Source: Gammaproteobacteria bacterium (GTDB taxonomy: Bacteria > Pseudomonadota > Gammaproteobacteria > GCA-002705445 > GCA-002716945). Taken from it: a DNA stretch of 64,000 nucleotides. Position numbers and translations under genes: made by a program. The DNA lies in assembly GCA_002698665.1 (NCBI GenBank), contig NZZP01000012.1, forward strand, positions 689-64,688, in the 5' to 3' direction. Of the stretch, positions 47,138 through 58,193 are shown one piece after another (position 1 is the first letter of the stretch; each line of letters opens with the position of its first letter). The notes under the pieces are model-generated. The model was not told the origin of the DNA. It did not search any database and was given only the letters and a program-made list of their open reading frames with translations.

Positions 47138-48573
47138 TCTATTATATTAATTTTAATTTTATCATCTACTTTATTTATCTGTTCTTGAACTAAGTTTTTA
47201 ATGTTTCTTAGAGATTTTTCATCATCGGCTTCAAACCGTAATACTAAATTAGCACTTGTGTTAGAGCATCTTATTAAAGCCCAGCCATTTTCAAATATTA
47301 TTTTCATCCCATCAATATTAATAATACTAGCATTCTCGAACTTTGCTAGTTTTACAAATAATTCCATAAAAGTAAAATGATTATTGCCTTTAAATTCTAT
47401 ATTAATTTCGGGTGTAATTACTGTATTAGGAAGTTTGTCTAGAGGTTCGTCAATATTCTGATATTTACCCAGTATTTCTAGAAGCCGTAATGATGAATAA
47501 ATACCATCATCAAACCCATACCACTTATCTGCAAAAAATATATGACCGCTAAGCTCGCCTCCTAATGCTGCCTGATTATCTATTATTGCTTTCTTTATAA
47601 ATGAGTGTCCTGTTCTACATAAAATTGGCACACCTCCATTTTTTATAATTTCTTTTTCAAGGTGCTTAGAACATTTGATGTCATAGACTATTTTTGCTCC
47701 CTGATTCTTATTGAGTATACTTTTGCTAAAAATCATCATAAGTTGATCTGGCCATAGCACTTTTCCATTTTTTCTCACTGCAGCAATCCTATCTCCATCG
47801 CCATCATATGCAAATCCGATCATAGAATCACTATCTGATAGAATCTTTTTTAATTCAGCTAAGTTCTTTTCATCAGATGGATTTGGTGAATGATTAGGAA
47901 AATTTCCATCTACCTTTTCGTTAATTATTTTTGTTTTTATTTTTAACGCATCAAATATTTTTCGAACAACATTTCCAGTTATACCATTTCCACAATCTAT
48001 ACTAACTGTATGATTAAAATCAATATCTAAAGTATCAATTAATTTTGTTATGTAACTTTCTAAGATAGTAGAATCATTTTTTATACTACCTTTTTGTCCA
48101 TATAAAAACTGTCCTTTGTCAGCTATCTCGAAAATCTCTTTTATATATTCACCATAGAGTGTTATGTTATTCACAACCATTTTAATTCCATTATAATTTT
48201 TTGGATTGTGGCTGCCAGTAATCATTAACCCATTCTTAATATTGAGGTTTTTTAATGAATAATTAAGTAATGGCGTTGGTAGTAGCCCTATGTCTACAAC
48301 ATCAATACCAGTTGATATGAGGCCTTCTATTAAGCTCTTTTTAAGAGTTGGACTTGATAACCTGCCGTCTGCACATAAGCATACCTCAGTTCCAGCATTT
48401 TGATTATTAATGTATGTGCCAATTGCTTTACCTACTAAGTTATAAACATCCTCATTGATTTGTTCTGGATATACACCTCTTATATCATATGCTCTAAATA
48501 TATCTTTTGTAATAATCAATTTATTTTTTTCCTGAAGATCCAAAACCCGCATCACCTCTACCTGTCTTTTCAA
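47134..48573 (-). CDS. algC: phosphomannomutase/phosphoglucomutase (AlgC/ManB type)
   Basis: 479 aa with FRAYDIRG, active-site TGSHNP and GE.SGH. Overlaps the dut 3' end by ~53 nt, so the true start may be downstream. Confidence 0.88.
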   Translation of the reverse strand: MKRQVEVMRVLDLQEKNKLIITKDIFRAYDIRGVYPEQINEDVYNLVGKAIGTYINNQNAGTEVCLCADGRLSSPTLKKSLIEGLISTGIDVVDIGLLPTPLLNYSLKNLNIKNGLMITGSHNPKNYNGIKMVVNNITLYGEYIKEIFEIADKGQFLYGQKGSIKNDSTILESYITKLIDTLDIDFNHTVSIDCGNGITGNVVRKIFDALKIKTKIINEKVDGNFPNHSPNPSDEKNLAELKKILSDSDSMIGFAYDGDGDRIAAVRKNGKVLWPDQLMMIFSKSILNKNQGAKIVYDIKCSKHLEKEIIKNGGVPILCRTGHSFIKKAIIDNQAALGGELSGHIFFADKWYGFDDGIYSSLRLLEILGKYQNIDEPLDKLPNTVITPEINIEFKGNNHFTFMELFVKLAKFENASIINIDGMKIIFENGWALIRCSNTSANLVLRFEADDEKSLRNIKNLVQEQINKVDDKIKINIIE

Positions 48574-48973
48574 AACTTTCCACTTGCTTTAACTCTGGTT
48601 GTTGTACACTAATAAATACTAATTGAGCAATTCTATCATATGGTTCAATGGTGAAATGCGCATCACTTCTATTCCAACATGAGACCATCAGTGGTCCCTG
48701 ATAGTCTGAGTCAATGAGACCAACAAGATTTCCTAGCACAATACCGTGTTTATGACCTAGTCCTGATCTTGGTAATATTAAGCCAGCATACTTACTGTCT
48801 TCAATAAAAATAGATATACCTGTCGATATTAATTTCGTTTCATTTGGTTTAACTTCTATGGTTCTATTAATTGAGGCTCTAAGGTCTAAACCGGCAGAAC
48901 CTTTTGTTAAATAATCTGGAAGCTTTGTTAACTTATTATCCAGAATTTTAATCTTCACATCATTTAACATCAA
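48521..48973 (-). CDS. dut: dUTP diphosphatase
   Basis: 150 aa near identical in motifs to E. coli Dut ([35 protein letters not shown]-terminal GFGSSG). Confidence 0.95.
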   Translation of the reverse strand: MMLNDVKIKILDNKLTKLPDYLTKGSAGLDLRASINRTIEVKPNETKLISTGISIFIEDSKYAGLILPRSGLGHKHGIVLGNLVGLIDSDYQGPLMVSCWNRSDAHFTIEPYDRIAQLVFISVQQPELKQVESFEKTGRGDAGFGSSGKK

Positions 48974-50189
48974 GACTTACCAGACTAACTTTCTTAGAAT
49001 ACTCTGATGATATAATTTTGAATAGCTCAACTGCTATATTAATTTTTTTATCTTCATCAATTTCTTTAGTTCTATCTTTAGTAAATACTGTAACTTTATT
49101 AAAGTCTGACTCAAACCCAATTTTCAACTCATGGTTTGCTATATTGCCTATAATCATATCTAAATTTTTATCTTCAAGCTTATGTTTTGCATTAGCATCC
49201 AATTTATCTGTTTCTGCAGCAAATCCTATTGTAAAAAGCTTTTTATATTTTTCTGATACAGTTTTTAAAATATCAGCTCCACGTGTAAATTCTATATTCA
49301 AATTCCCGTCACTCTGTTTATGTTTAACTTGAGAATAATTTATAGGTCTATAATCTGCAATAGCAGCTGCTGATATAAAAATATCGAAATCACGAACTTT
49401 TGAGATTACTACATTGAGCATATCCGAAGATGTATCAACATATGTAGTTTTAATATTTTTGATTGGTTGAATCTTCACAGGACCTGAAACAATCTCTACA
49501 TATGCTCCCATTGATTTTGCTGCTAAAGCCATAGCATATCCCATTTTACCAGAACTATAATTACTAATATATCTGACTGGATCAATTGGTTCACGTGTGG
49601 GGCCAGCTGTAATTAAAATTTTGCTTCCTGCAATACTAGAATTATTATCTTGCCTGCTTATAACTTCAATAATTTCATTTGAACTTGACATTCTTCCATA
49701 TCCAATATCTCCGCATGCATGACTTCCATAGCTAGGCCCTATCATTGTTATATCTGCAGATTTGAGTTTTTCCTTACTATTTTGTGTAACTTTATTGTTC
49801 CACATATCTGGATTCATCGCAGGAACAACAAAGATTGATTTTGTAAATGCCAAGCATATTGTGGATAGTAAATCATCTCCATGTCCATTTGCTAATTTAT
49901 TCATAAAGTTTGCAGTGCATGGAGCTATAAGGATAATATCAGCCCACTTTGCTAAGCTTAGATGCTTAAAATTTTCTTTTGTATGGGACTGTGATTCCTC
50001 ACATATTACCTCTTCACCGGAAAGAGCCTCAAGAGTCGTTTCTGTTATAAATAACTCAGAACTTTTTGTCATAACCGTCTTAATATTACAACCTTGTTTT
50101 TTTAGATTACTCACAAGATCTGCAGATTTATACGCTGCGATACTACCTGTAATCCCTAGAAGTATATTTTTGTTTGAAAGTATATTCAT
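48960..50189 (-). CDS. coaBC: bifunctional phosphopantothenoylcysteine decarboxylase / phosphopantothenate-cysteine ligase
   Basis: 409-aa flavoprotein N-domain plus CoaB C-domain; conserved dfp-dut adjacency. Confidence 0.92.
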   Translation of the reverse strand: MNILSNKNILLGITGSIAAYKSADLVSNLKKQGCNIKTVMTKSSELFITETTLEALSGEEVICEESQSHTKENFKHLSLAKWADIILIAPCTANFMNKLANGHGDDLLSTICLAFTKSIFVVPAMNPDMWNNKVTQNSKEKLKSADITMIGPSYGSHACGDIGYGRMSSSNEIIEVISRQDNNSSIAGSKILITAGPTREPIDPVRYISNYSSGKMGYAMALAAKSMGAYVEIVSGPVKIQPIKNIKTTYVDTSSDMLNVVISKVRDFDIFISAAAIADYRPINYSQVKHKQSDGNLNIEFTRGADILKTVSEKYKKLFTIGFAAETDKLDANAKHKLEDKNLDMIIGNIANHELKIGFESDFNKVTVFTKDRTKEIDEDKKINIAVELFKIISSEYSKKVSLVSLDVK

Positions 50190-51355
50190 ATAGCCGCGCC
50201 AATTATTTTTTTAAGTGATTGTACTAGTGATTGTATTTGTTTTTTTGTGTGACCGCTAGTTAAATTAACTCTAATGAGGTCATTATTAATTGGCACTGTA
50301 GGATACCTAATTGCTTGAATTAATATATTTTCCTTTTTAATCTTTTTGCATATATCAACAACAGTTATTGGGTCACCAATTGTTATCGTTTGTATTGCTG
50401 TGTTTGATTCATTTATTTTTATGTTATTAAATTTTACTAATTTTTTAAAATATTTAATATTTTCATAAAGTTTATTTACCAGGCTCGGTTTGCTCTTTAT
50501 TATATTAATACTCTCTATTGTTGTTGCTACTAAGGCTGTCGGTAATGCGGTCGAATATATATATGGTCTAGATTTCTGTACCATAAGATTTATTAACTCA
50601 TTTGATCCTGCAATAAAAGCACCAAACGTTCCGATTGCTTTTCCAAAAGTTCCTATATATGCATCTATTTTAGCCCCCTTAAATTTTTTGATGTTTCGTG
50701 AACAAGGGAAGTCATTATTACAATTTTGTGCGACACCAAAGCCATGTGCATCATCTACAAATAACAGAGCATTGTTGTCTTCAGAAATTTTAGATAATCT
50801 CTTAATATCTATAATCTCTCCCGTCATACTGAAGACAGTGTCTGTATAGATTATTTTTGTAGATTTTTTATATTTTTTTAATTTTTTCTCTAGGTCATGA
50901 TAGTCAAGGTGATTATACCTAATCAATTTTACTGATGATAGTCTCGAACTCTCTATAATAGAGCTATGATTAAGTTTATCTTGGAATACAATTATGTCTT
51001 TGTCACCAATAGCATTTATTAGCCCTACATTTGCAAGATAACCAGAATTTACAACTAGTACAGATTCGAACCGAAGAAGTTTAGCAATCTTTTTTTCCAA
51101 TTGCATATGTTTTTTATTATACCCACTTATCAACGGTGACGAGCTTGACCCGATACCAAATTCACTAGTATTATCGCTAAGGGATTTTTTTAATTTTTTA
51201 TTATTAGCTAAATTTAAATAGTTATTACTTGCAAAATTTATATATTTTATTTTATTGATGGTAACTATTGTATCTTGCGCAGAGTCAAGTAATAATCTTT
51301 GTCTATAAAGACCCTTTTCTTTCAGACTAGAGAGTTTTTTTTGAAAATCTATCAC
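50186..51355 (-). CDS. bioF: 8-amino-7-oxononanoate synthase
   Basis: 389-aa class-II aminotransferase (PLP Lys in GTFGKA) directly downstream of bioB. Confidence 0.8.
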   Translation of the reverse strand: MIDFQKKLSSLKEKGLYRQRLLLDSAQDTIVTINKIKYINFASNNYLNLANNKKLKKSLSDNTSEFGIGSSSSPLISGYNKKHMQLEKKIAKLLRFESVLVVNSGYLANVGLINAIGDKDIIVFQDKLNHSSIIESSRLSSVKLIRYNHLDYHDLEKKLKKYKKSTKIIYTDTVFSMTGEIIDIKRLSKISEDNNALLFVDDAHGFGVAQNCNNDFPCSRNIKKFKGAKIDAYIGTFGKAIGTFGAFIAGSNELINLMVQKSRPYIYSTALPTALVATTIESINIIKSKPSLVNKLYENIKYFKKLVKFNNIKINESNTAIQTITIGDPITVVDICKKIKKENILIQAIRYPTVPINNDLIRVNLTSGHTKKQIQSLVQSLKKIIGAAI

Positions 51356-51377
51356 TAATGTTCAACTACGTTTTTTC

Positions 51378-52418
51378 TTATAGGTTGCTGGTATTAATTG
51401 GAATATCAGAGAGCTTTGTCAGATTATCCGAGGTAGTTTCTAATGCGCATTGATCTTGTTCAATATGCCCATCTGTTTTAATTTTTAAATTATTTAGTAA
51501 TTTTCTATCATGTTTAATAGTAGAATTCTTTGTTGTAAGTAGTTCTTCACCATAGAAAATTGAATTTGCTCCAGCGAAAAAACAAAGTGCTTGCATTTGG
51601 TCATTCATAGTGTCCCTTCCAGCGGATAGTCTAACATATGACTTGGGCATTGCTATTCTTGCTAATGCTATTACTCTAATAAAGTCAAATTCATCTACAT
51701 TTAGATTTCCAGAATATGGCGTTCCTTCTACTTTTACAAGTTTATTAATTGGCACTGATTCGGGCTGTTCATCTAAATTTGCTAACACTTGAATCAGCTT
51801 AATCCTATCTATACCATCTTCACCTAATCCAATAATACCGCCACAACAAACTTTTATACCAGCATCTCTTACATGCTGAATTGTATCTAATCTATCTTGA
51901 TATGTTCTGGTTGTTACGACTTTTTTATAATATTCTTCCGAGGTATCCAAATTATGATTATAGTAATCAAGCCCAACAGATTTGAGCTCGTCAGCTTGAT
52001 TCTTTGTCAACATACCAAGAGTAACACAAGTTTCAAGTCCTAATCCTTTTACCCCTTTAACCATTTCTTTTACTTTAGCCAGATTACTGTTAGTGAGATT
52101 TCGCCAAGCCGCTCCCATGCAAAAACGTGTTGCACCAGTATTTTTAGCATCTTTGGCTTGTTTTATTATTTCACTGAGGGGAAGAGTTTTCTCAAGATTA
52201 ATATCAGTATCATACCGTATGCTTTGAGAGCAATACTTACAATCTTCTGGACAACCTCCAGTTTTAATAGACATTAGTGTTGATATTTGAATCTTATTAG
52301 GATCATGATTCTCCCTATGAATTTCATGCGCCTTCCACAAGAGATCATTGAAAGGCATATTATACATATCTTCTAGCTCTTTGGTTGTCCAGTTATTTTT
52401 TATAGTTTGATTGCTCAT
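51378..52418 (-). CDS. bioB: biotin synthase
   Basis: 346-aa radical-SAM enzyme ([10 protein letters not shown]). Confidence 0.93.
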   Translation of the reverse strand: MSNQTIKNNWTTKELEDMYNMPFNDLLWKAHEIHRENHDPNKIQISTLMSIKTGGCPEDCKYCSQSIRYDTDINLEKTLPLSEIIKQAKDAKNTGATRFCMGAAWRNLTNSNLAKVKEMVKGVKGLGLETCVTLGMLTKNQADELKSVGLDYYNHNLDTSEEYYKKVVTTRTYQDRLDTIQHVRDAGIKVCCGGIIGLGEDGIDRIKLIQVLANLDEQPESVPINKLVKVEGTPYSGNLNVDEFDFIRVIALARIAMPKSYVRLSAGRDTMNDQMQALCFFAGANSIFYGEELLTTKNSTIKHDRKLLNNLKIKTDGHIEQDQCALETTSDNLTKLSDIPINTSNL

Positions 52419-52424
52419 AATAAT

Positions 52425-53273
52425 TTATAGATAGTTAAATAGTAGACCAAAACTAATTATTAATCCAAATATATTATTATTTTCAAATGCTGATATACAT
52501 TGATATGGTTTTCTTGATTCAGCTAAAAGGCTCTGATATATGACAGTAAGCAAAGACAAAGTTACGAATAAGTAATATACGAAATCATAAGAATTAATCA
52601 GTCCTAGTAAGATAAATCCAATCACAACGGTATAATGCATGTACTTTGAATATTTGATGTCATTATCTCCAAAAAAAAGAGCCGATGAACCTACACCAAT
52701 CTTTTTATCATCTTTTTTATCTGCCATAGCATAATACGTGTCATATACAATTGCCCATATAATCGTCGATAAATATAGTATTATACAGTTAACATCAATA
52801 TATCCTTTTTCTAAGATGAAAATCATAGGAATGCTCGAGCCAAATGCCATGCCTAAAACAAATTGCGGTAACTTGAAATATCTTTTTGTTAATGGATATG
52901 CAACTAATAACACTAATGAGAAAATTGCAAATATAAGAATTTTAAACTCCAGCATAATCAGTAAGATGAAACACACTGAAAGCAACAATGCAAAAATAAT
53001 TAACGCCTCATAATTCGATACTTTTTTGCTAGCCAGTACTCTCTCTTTTGTTCTCTCAACTTTTCTATCAAAATCTTGATCAAAGTAATCATTAATTACA
53101 CAACCAGCAGATCTTGTAGCTAAAATACCAATTGAAAAAATAATTAAGTAAAATATATTAGGACTACCTTCTGATGATACTAAAAATGCCCATAGTGCAG
53201 GCCACATTAATAGTAGGTAACCTATTGGTTTATCAACCCTCATGAGTTGTAAATAGAGTCTTAGTTTAGACAT
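52425..53273 (-). CDS. ubiA: 4-hydroxybenzoate polyprenyltransferase
   Basis: 282-aa UbiA prenyltransferase (NDYFDQDFD Asp-rich motif; polytopic). Confidence 0.9.
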   Translation of the reverse strand: MSKLRLYLQLMRVDKPIGYLLLMWPALWAFLVSSEGSPNIFYLIIFSIGILATRSAGCVINDYFDQDFDRKVERTKERVLASKKVSNYEALIIFALLLSVCFILLIMLEFKILIFAIFSLVLLVAYPLTKRYFKLPQFVLGMAFGSSIPMIFILEKGYIDVNCIILYLSTIIWAIVYDTYYAMADKKDDKKIGVGSSALFFGDNDIKYSKYMHYTVVIGFILLGLINSYDFVYYLFVTLSLLTVIYQSLLAESRKPYQCISAFENNNIFGLIISFGLLFNYL

Positions 53274-53278
53274 GAATA

Positions 53279-53827
53279 TTAAATCTTGCCATCTAATCCC
53301 ATCTGAAAATACTTATGTACAATTGACTCTTGGTTTTCTAATAACCAGTCAATATCAGGTTTATTATTCATGGCTTTGTTAATTGCCTGAGCTGTTGCTT
53401 TTCTGTGAATGTCAAATAATATCCTGTGATTCAGATTTTCATCTTTAGCGACTGACGGATTTAACCACACAGAAACAATTATACCTAATTCATTTGCTTT
53501 ATCTTTAGGTATATCTCCGCTCCTTACTGAATCAAGAACGCCATTAGCTATTGCTGCTTGAACTGTTCCCATCAGTATGTTGGTGTATCTATTATCTTTG
53601 ACAGTAACCTTACTAACCATTAATGTTGCCGGTTTAACCATAATGTCTGTATTCATAATAGCTAGGACTTTTGAATGTCCTTTACTTTGGTCGCCAATCA
53701 AATTAGCAAAAGCTGTCCCAAATGGCCCGTCTAGATGTCCTATAACAATTTCTGGCTCTGCAGCTGTTCCCGCAGGGCCACCTGCAACAAGCGATTCGCC
53801 TACTTTCATAACAAAATTATCGTTCAT
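53279..53827 (-). CDS. fae: formaldehyde-activating enzyme (Fae) family protein
   Basis: 182 aa collinear with Methylorubrum Fae: VGE.LVG.G, IG...GP...AF.N, LA.....KP.TLM..KVT, G..Q.A.A. It lies 5 nt upstream of ubiA on the same strand. Confidence 0.6.
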   Translation of the reverse strand: MNDNFVMKVGESLVAGGPAGTAAEPEIVIGHLDGPFGTAFANLIGDQSKGHSKVLAIMNTDIMVKPATLMVSKVTVKDNRYTNILMGTVQAAIANGVLDSVRSGDIPKDKANELGIIVSVWLNPSVAKDENLNHRILFDIHRKATAQAINKAMNNKPDIDWLLENQESIVHKYFQMGLDGKI

Positions 53828-53896
53828 AAATTATTCCTTCAAAATTGATTTTTATGACTATAATATAGGTTAAGCTTGATAAAAGGAACATATAAC

Positions 53897-54418
53897 ATGA
53901 TAAGAAGTTTCAAGAATTTTACACCATCTATACATAAGACAGCATATATAGATGAACAGGCTACTGTGATTGGTGATGTTACTATTGGTAAGGACAGTGC
54001 TTTATGGCCACAAGCTGTTGCGAGAGGGGATATAAATAAAATTACTGTTGGAGATAGAACTAATATACAAGATGGTGCAATTTTACATGTTACTCATGTC
54101 AGTGAATATTGTCCTTCGGGTTACCCATTATCTATAGGCAATGATGTAACTATAGGCCACTCTGCTGTTATACATGCGTGTACGATAGGCAATCAAGTGT
54201 TAATTGGGATGGGGAGTATTATCTTAGACGGAGCAATTGTTCCATCTAATACTATGATAGCTGCGGGCGCATTAATTGGTCCTGGCAAAACTCTGGATAG
54301 TGGTTTTTTGTATGTAGGAAGTCCAGCTAAAAAATTGCGCGAACTTTCTGCTAAAGAGTTGAAATTTTTATTATACTCTGCGGAAGGATACGTAGCTTTA
54401 AAAAATCAGTACTTGTAA
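53897..54418 (+). CDS. yrdA: gamma-class carbonic anhydrase family protein (YrdA-like, hexapeptide repeat)
   Basis: Left-handed beta-helix repeats and a YrdA-like N-terminus (IR.F....P.I....YID..A.VIGDV). The track start at 53876 is a TTG, so it was trimmed to the ATG at 53897. Adjacent to aroE as in E. coli. Confidence 0.8.
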   Translation: MIRSFKNFTPSIHKTAYIDEQATVIGDVTIGKDSALWPQAVARGDINKITVGDRTNIQDGAILHVTHVSEYCPSGYPLSIGNDVTIGHSAVIHACTIGNQVLIGMGSIILDGAIVPSNTMIAAGALIGPGKTLDSGFLYVGSPAKKLRELSAKELKFLLYSAEGYVALKNQYL

Positions 54419-54421
54419 TTA

Positions 54422-55225
54422 TCAAGAAAGTTCATCAGTAATTTCCTTGGTATTAGGTATGAATCCATTCCATATTTCGTATGAAAATGCAGCTTGCTCA
54501 ACAAGCATGCCAATGCCGTTGTATGATGTATGTGCACCATTTCTTAATGACCATTCTTGAAATCTAGTATTTTTATTAGAATAGAATAAGTCATAAGTCA
54601 ATGATTCAGAGCTTATAACTCCTAATGGAAATTCAATCGGTTCGCTAGTGAGACTAATGGGTGTAGTGTTAATTATAAAATTATAATCTATGCCATTTTT
54701 ATATACATTTATGTCTACATCTTTATCAAACATTTTTTTTAGATCATCAGCTCTAGAAATTGTTCTCGTTAAAATATCAATTTTTTTTACGTCTAAAGTG
54801 CGTAACGAATTAACAATACTTCTAGCCGATCCACCAGCGCCTAAGATAAGTATATCCTTTCTTGATAAGTCTATATTTTTATTTTGGAGATCTTTAAGAA
54901 AACCTTTGCCATCAGTATTATATGCAGTTATTTTTTTGTCATAAAAAAATAGTGTATTAGCGGAGCCACACTCTCTTGCAGAAGTATCTATTTCATCTGC
55001 AAAATTATACGCTTGTTCTTTAAAAGGTATGGTTACATTAGCACCATATCCATTTTTTGAAAAAAAACTTTGCGCATGAGTTTCAAAATGTTCCTCAGAA
55101 TCAGGTTCAATTATCTTATATTGAATATTTATGCCTTGCTGTGAAGCAAAGCTTTTATGTATTTTTGGTGACAAACTATGCTTTGCCGGTAATCCAATTA
55201 CACAAAACTTTTTTACTTCAGCCAT
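54422..55225 (-). CDS. aroE: shikimate dehydrogenase
   Basis: 267 aa (N-terminus F.VIG.P..HSLSP.IH; GAGGSARS Rossmann). Confidence 0.9.
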   Translation of the reverse strand: MAEVKKFCVIGLPAKHSLSPKIHKSFASQQGINIQYKIIEPDSEEHFETHAQSFFSKNGYGANVTIPFKEQAYNFADEIDTSARECGSANTLFFYDKKITAYNTDGKGFLKDLQNKNIDLSRKDILILGAGGSARSIVNSLRTLDVKKIDILTRTISRADDLKKMFDKDVDINVYKNGIDYNFIINTTPISLTSEPIEFPLGVISSESLTYDLFYSNKNTRFQEWSLRNGAHTSYNGIGMLVEQAAFSYEIWNGFIPNTKEITDELS

Positions 55226-56205
55226 GCCAATACATCTTTAGCAAAGTACGTCAATATAGCATTAGCACCTGCTCGTTTCATACTTAAAAGTGATTCCATT
55301 ACGATTTTCTTTTCATCTAACCAGTTCTTTTGAGATACAGCCTTAATCATTGCATATTCACCACTAACTTGATAGGCAAAGATAGGCACATTAAATTGAT
55401 CATTTATTTTTTTTATTATATCTAGATATGGCATACCAGGTTTTACCATTATAATATCTGCTCCTTCAGATAAATCTAATTCTACTTCTCTTATTGATTC
55501 GCTTTCATTGCCATAGTCCATTTGATATGTATCTTTATTTGCTGTCCCTATATTTTTACTAGACTTTACTGCATCTCTAAATGGACCATAAAAATTAGAA
55601 GAGTATTTAACTGCATACGACAAAATTTTTGTATCAAAAAAAGAGTTTTTTTCTAAGCTACTTCTAATAGCTTTAATTCTACCATCCATCATATCTGATG
55701 GAGCAACAATGTCAGCACCAGCTTCTGCATGACTAAGTGCCTGTTTAACAAGTATTTCTATTGTTTCATCATTAACTATATTTTTTTTTGAATCCAAGAT
55801 TCCATCCTGCCCATGTTTTGTATACGGGTCCAGCGCAACATCACTAATAATAGCAATATCTTTTACTGCTTTTTTTATATGACTTATCGCCTTCTGCATT
55901 AATCCATCAGCATTGTAGCTCTCAGAGCCATTATTATCTTTATTTCTTTCGCTTATACATGGAAATAATGCTACCCCTTGCAGACCTATTTTATGTAGAG
56001 CTTTAATTTCTTTTATTGCGATATCTATGGACATTCTATAGATATTTGGCATAGATGTGATTTTTTCTATCTTATTCTTGCCATCTATTATAAATATTGG
56101 TTGAATGAGATCGTACTTAAACAAATTATTTTCCCTTACTAAGTTTCTTATTGGGTTATTTGCCCGTAACCTTCTCATTCTTATATTTGGAAAACTTTTT
56201 TTCAT
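55213..56205 (-). CDS. hemB: porphobilinogen synthase (delta-aminolevulinic acid dehydratase), Asp-rich Mg-type
   Basis: 330 aa. The metal-site region DVALDPYTKHGQDG lacks the Cys triad, as in Pseudomonas-type PBGS. Confidence 0.93.
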   Translation of the reverse strand: MKKSFPNIRMRRLRANNPIRNLVRENNLFKYDLIQPIFIIDGKNKIEKITSMPNIYRMSIDIAIKEIKALHKIGLQGVALFPCISERNKDNNGSESYNADGLMQKAISHIKKAVKDIAIISDVALDPYTKHGQDGILDSKKNIVNDETIEILVKQALSHAEAGADIVAPSDMMDGRIKAIRSSLEKNSFFDTKILSYAVKYSSNFYGPFRDAVKSSKNIGTANKDTYQMDYGNESESIREVELDLSEGADIIMVKPGMPYLDIIKKINDQFNVPIFAYQVSGEYAMIKAVSQKNWLDEKKIVMESLLSMKRAGANAILTYFAKDVLAWLK

Positions 56206-56283
56206 TTTAATACTCTAACACTTTTTATTTTAAGAGAAGATGATATATTATTCTATCATCAATTAATATAATGGAGACTCAAT

Positions 56284-56757
56284 ATGTCCATTTGGCAAGA
56301 AAATTTTACACTTTCACATGTTATTTCGTTGAGAAATAACAATCTTAATAAGCATTTGTGTATCGAATTTATTGAACTTGGCGATGATTATATTATTGCC
56401 AGGATGCCCGTAGAAGACTTTACTAGGCAATCGCGTGGTATCTTGCATGGAGGAGCATCATGTGTTTTGGCAGAAGCTTTAGGAAGTATTGCTTCTAATA
56501 TGTGTATAGACATGAGGAAACAGAAAGCGGTGGGCCTAGAAATCAATGCTAATCATGTTAGACCAGTTTCTAAAGGTTATGTGACTGGTACAACAACAGC
56601 AGCCAGTCTTGGAAAATCTGTTCATGTTTGGAATATTGACATTCGCAATGATGCTGGAAAATTAAATTGTGTCTCTAGGCTAACTACGGCGATAGTGAAT
56701 CTAAAAGGAGATGAGATTGAACATAATAATAAGCTTTTAGATAATTTATTAAAATAG
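56284..56757 (+). CDS. PaaI/YbdB-type hotdog-fold thioesterase
   Basis: 157 aa with an HGG motif (ILHGGASCVLAE). Confidence 0.75.
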   Translation: MSIWQENFTLSHVISLRNNNLNKHLCIEFIELGDDYIIARMPVEDFTRQSRGILHGGASCVLAEALGSIASNMCIDMRKQKAVGLEINANHVRPVSKGYVTGTTTAASLGKSVHVWNIDIRNDAGKLNCVSRLTTAIVNLKGDEIEHNNKLLDNLLK

Positions 56758-56760
56758 ATT

Positions 56761-57645
56761 CTAAAGAAATTTTTTAAGCTCTCTCTCAAATTTGCTCAGT
56801 TTTTTGTTATTATCACCCCACATGACTAAAGGTGGCATAGACATTAATATTGATTCAGGCCTTCCTCCTGACTGAAGACCAAATAAAGTGCCTCTATCAT
56901 ACAGCAGATTAAATTCAACATATCGGCCTCTCCGTACTAGTTGAAACTCTTTATGAATTTTAAGGTATTTTTTCTTTTTATACTTGGCAATTATTTTGAT
57001 ATATGTATCTAAATATGTCTTTGCAACATCATCAACAAAATCACGATAGACATCTTTATCTTTTAAATTAAGTTGGTCAAAAAAAATTCCTCCAATACCT
57101 CTCTTTTCTTTTCTATGTGCATTATAAAAATAATCATCACAATCTTTACTGAATCTTTCATAAAATTTCTTATCATATTTATTACATACTTTTTTAGCTG
57201 AATCATGCCATTCTTTAATATCAGCTTTGTTTGGGAAATATGGTGTTAAGTCATAACCTCCTCCGAACCACCATGATTTATTAGATTTCTCATCTGTCTC
57301 AAAGTATCTTACATTCATATGAGAACAAGGCATAAATGGATTATTCGGATGAACTACAACAGATACTCCTGTAGCATTAAATTTACTTACTTTACCTTTC
57401 AGTCTTTTTTGTAATGCAGATTTTGGCAATATGTCACCACTAATCGATGAAAAATTCACCATGGCTCTCTCTATCATTTTCCCATCATTAAACTCATAAC
57501 TTATTCCTCCACCACCAGATTTATAATTCCAATTCACTCTACTTTTTCTAGAGCTGCGATCGAATAATGAAAAATTCTTGATAATACTATTTTGTATATT
57601 TCGAAAATTTTTTTCAATTTTTATATATTCATCTGTTTTAGCCAT
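56761..57645 (-). CDS. hemF: oxygen-dependent coproporphyrinogen-III oxidase
   Basis: 294-aa HemF family protein (GGGGIS.EF..G...ERA.VNFS; C-terminal SMPP...W). Confidence 0.9.
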   Translation of the reverse strand: MAKTDEYIKIEKNFRNIQNSIIKNFSLFDRSSRKSRVNWNYKSGGGGISYEFNDGKMIERAMVNFSSISGDILPKSALQKRLKGKVSKFNATGVSVVVHPNNPFMPCSHMNVRYFETDEKSNKSWWFGGGYDLTPYFPNKADIKEWHDSAKKVCNKYDKKFYERFSKDCDDYFYNAHRKEKRGIGGIFFDQLNLKDKDVYRDFVDDVAKTYLDTYIKIIAKYKKKKYLKIHKEFQLVRRGRYVEFNLLYDRGTLFGLQSGGRPESILMSMPPLVMWGDNNKKLSKFERELKKFL

Positions 57646-58193
57646 TATCTTATTTTTTCTCCTGTTAACATGTTCTTAATTATACTTGTATTTGTATAAC
57701 TGCCTATCTCTCCTTCAACAAGAAGTGGTATAGAACTAGAAAAATTTTTAGTAATATCCTCTTTGCTTATGAATGGTTCCTCTGAACTCTTGTTAGCACT
57801 AGTTGATATTATAGGCTTACCGAAAATACTACAAATCTGTTTAATTATCTTATGATTAGATATTCTAATAGCTATTAAGCCAGTACTTTCGTCAATCAGC
57901 CATTGTGGAGCTTCCCCTAAAGCTGGTATAAGCCAAGTTATATGTCCTGGCCATGATGACAACACATCATCTGTTAATGACTCTATATTTATAAGATTAT
58001 TCAAGTGATTAATAGCAGATGCAACAAGAATGAATGGTTTATTGCTGACTCTTTTTTTAATTTTATATATTTTATCTACACTTTTTTGATTCCAAGGGTC
58101 ACAACCTATACCATAAACAGCTTCTGTTGGATATGCGATAATTTCACCTTTCTTGATATATTCCACAGCCAGGGAAGGGTCACCAATTATCAT
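57645..58193 (-). CDS. tsaC: L-threonylcarbamoyladenylate synthase TsaC (YrdC)
   Basis: 182-aa YrdC/Sua5 domain (AYPTEAVYGIGCD). Confidence 0.9.
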   Translation of the reverse strand: MIIGDPSLAVEYIKKGEIIAYPTEAVYGIGCDPWNQKSVDKIYKIKKRVSNKPFILVASAINHLNNLINIESLTDDVLSSWPGHITWLIPALGEAPQWLIDESTGLIAIRISNHKIIKQICSIFGKPIISTSANKSSEEPFISKEDITKNFSSSIPLLVEGEIGSYTNTSIIKNMLTGEKIR

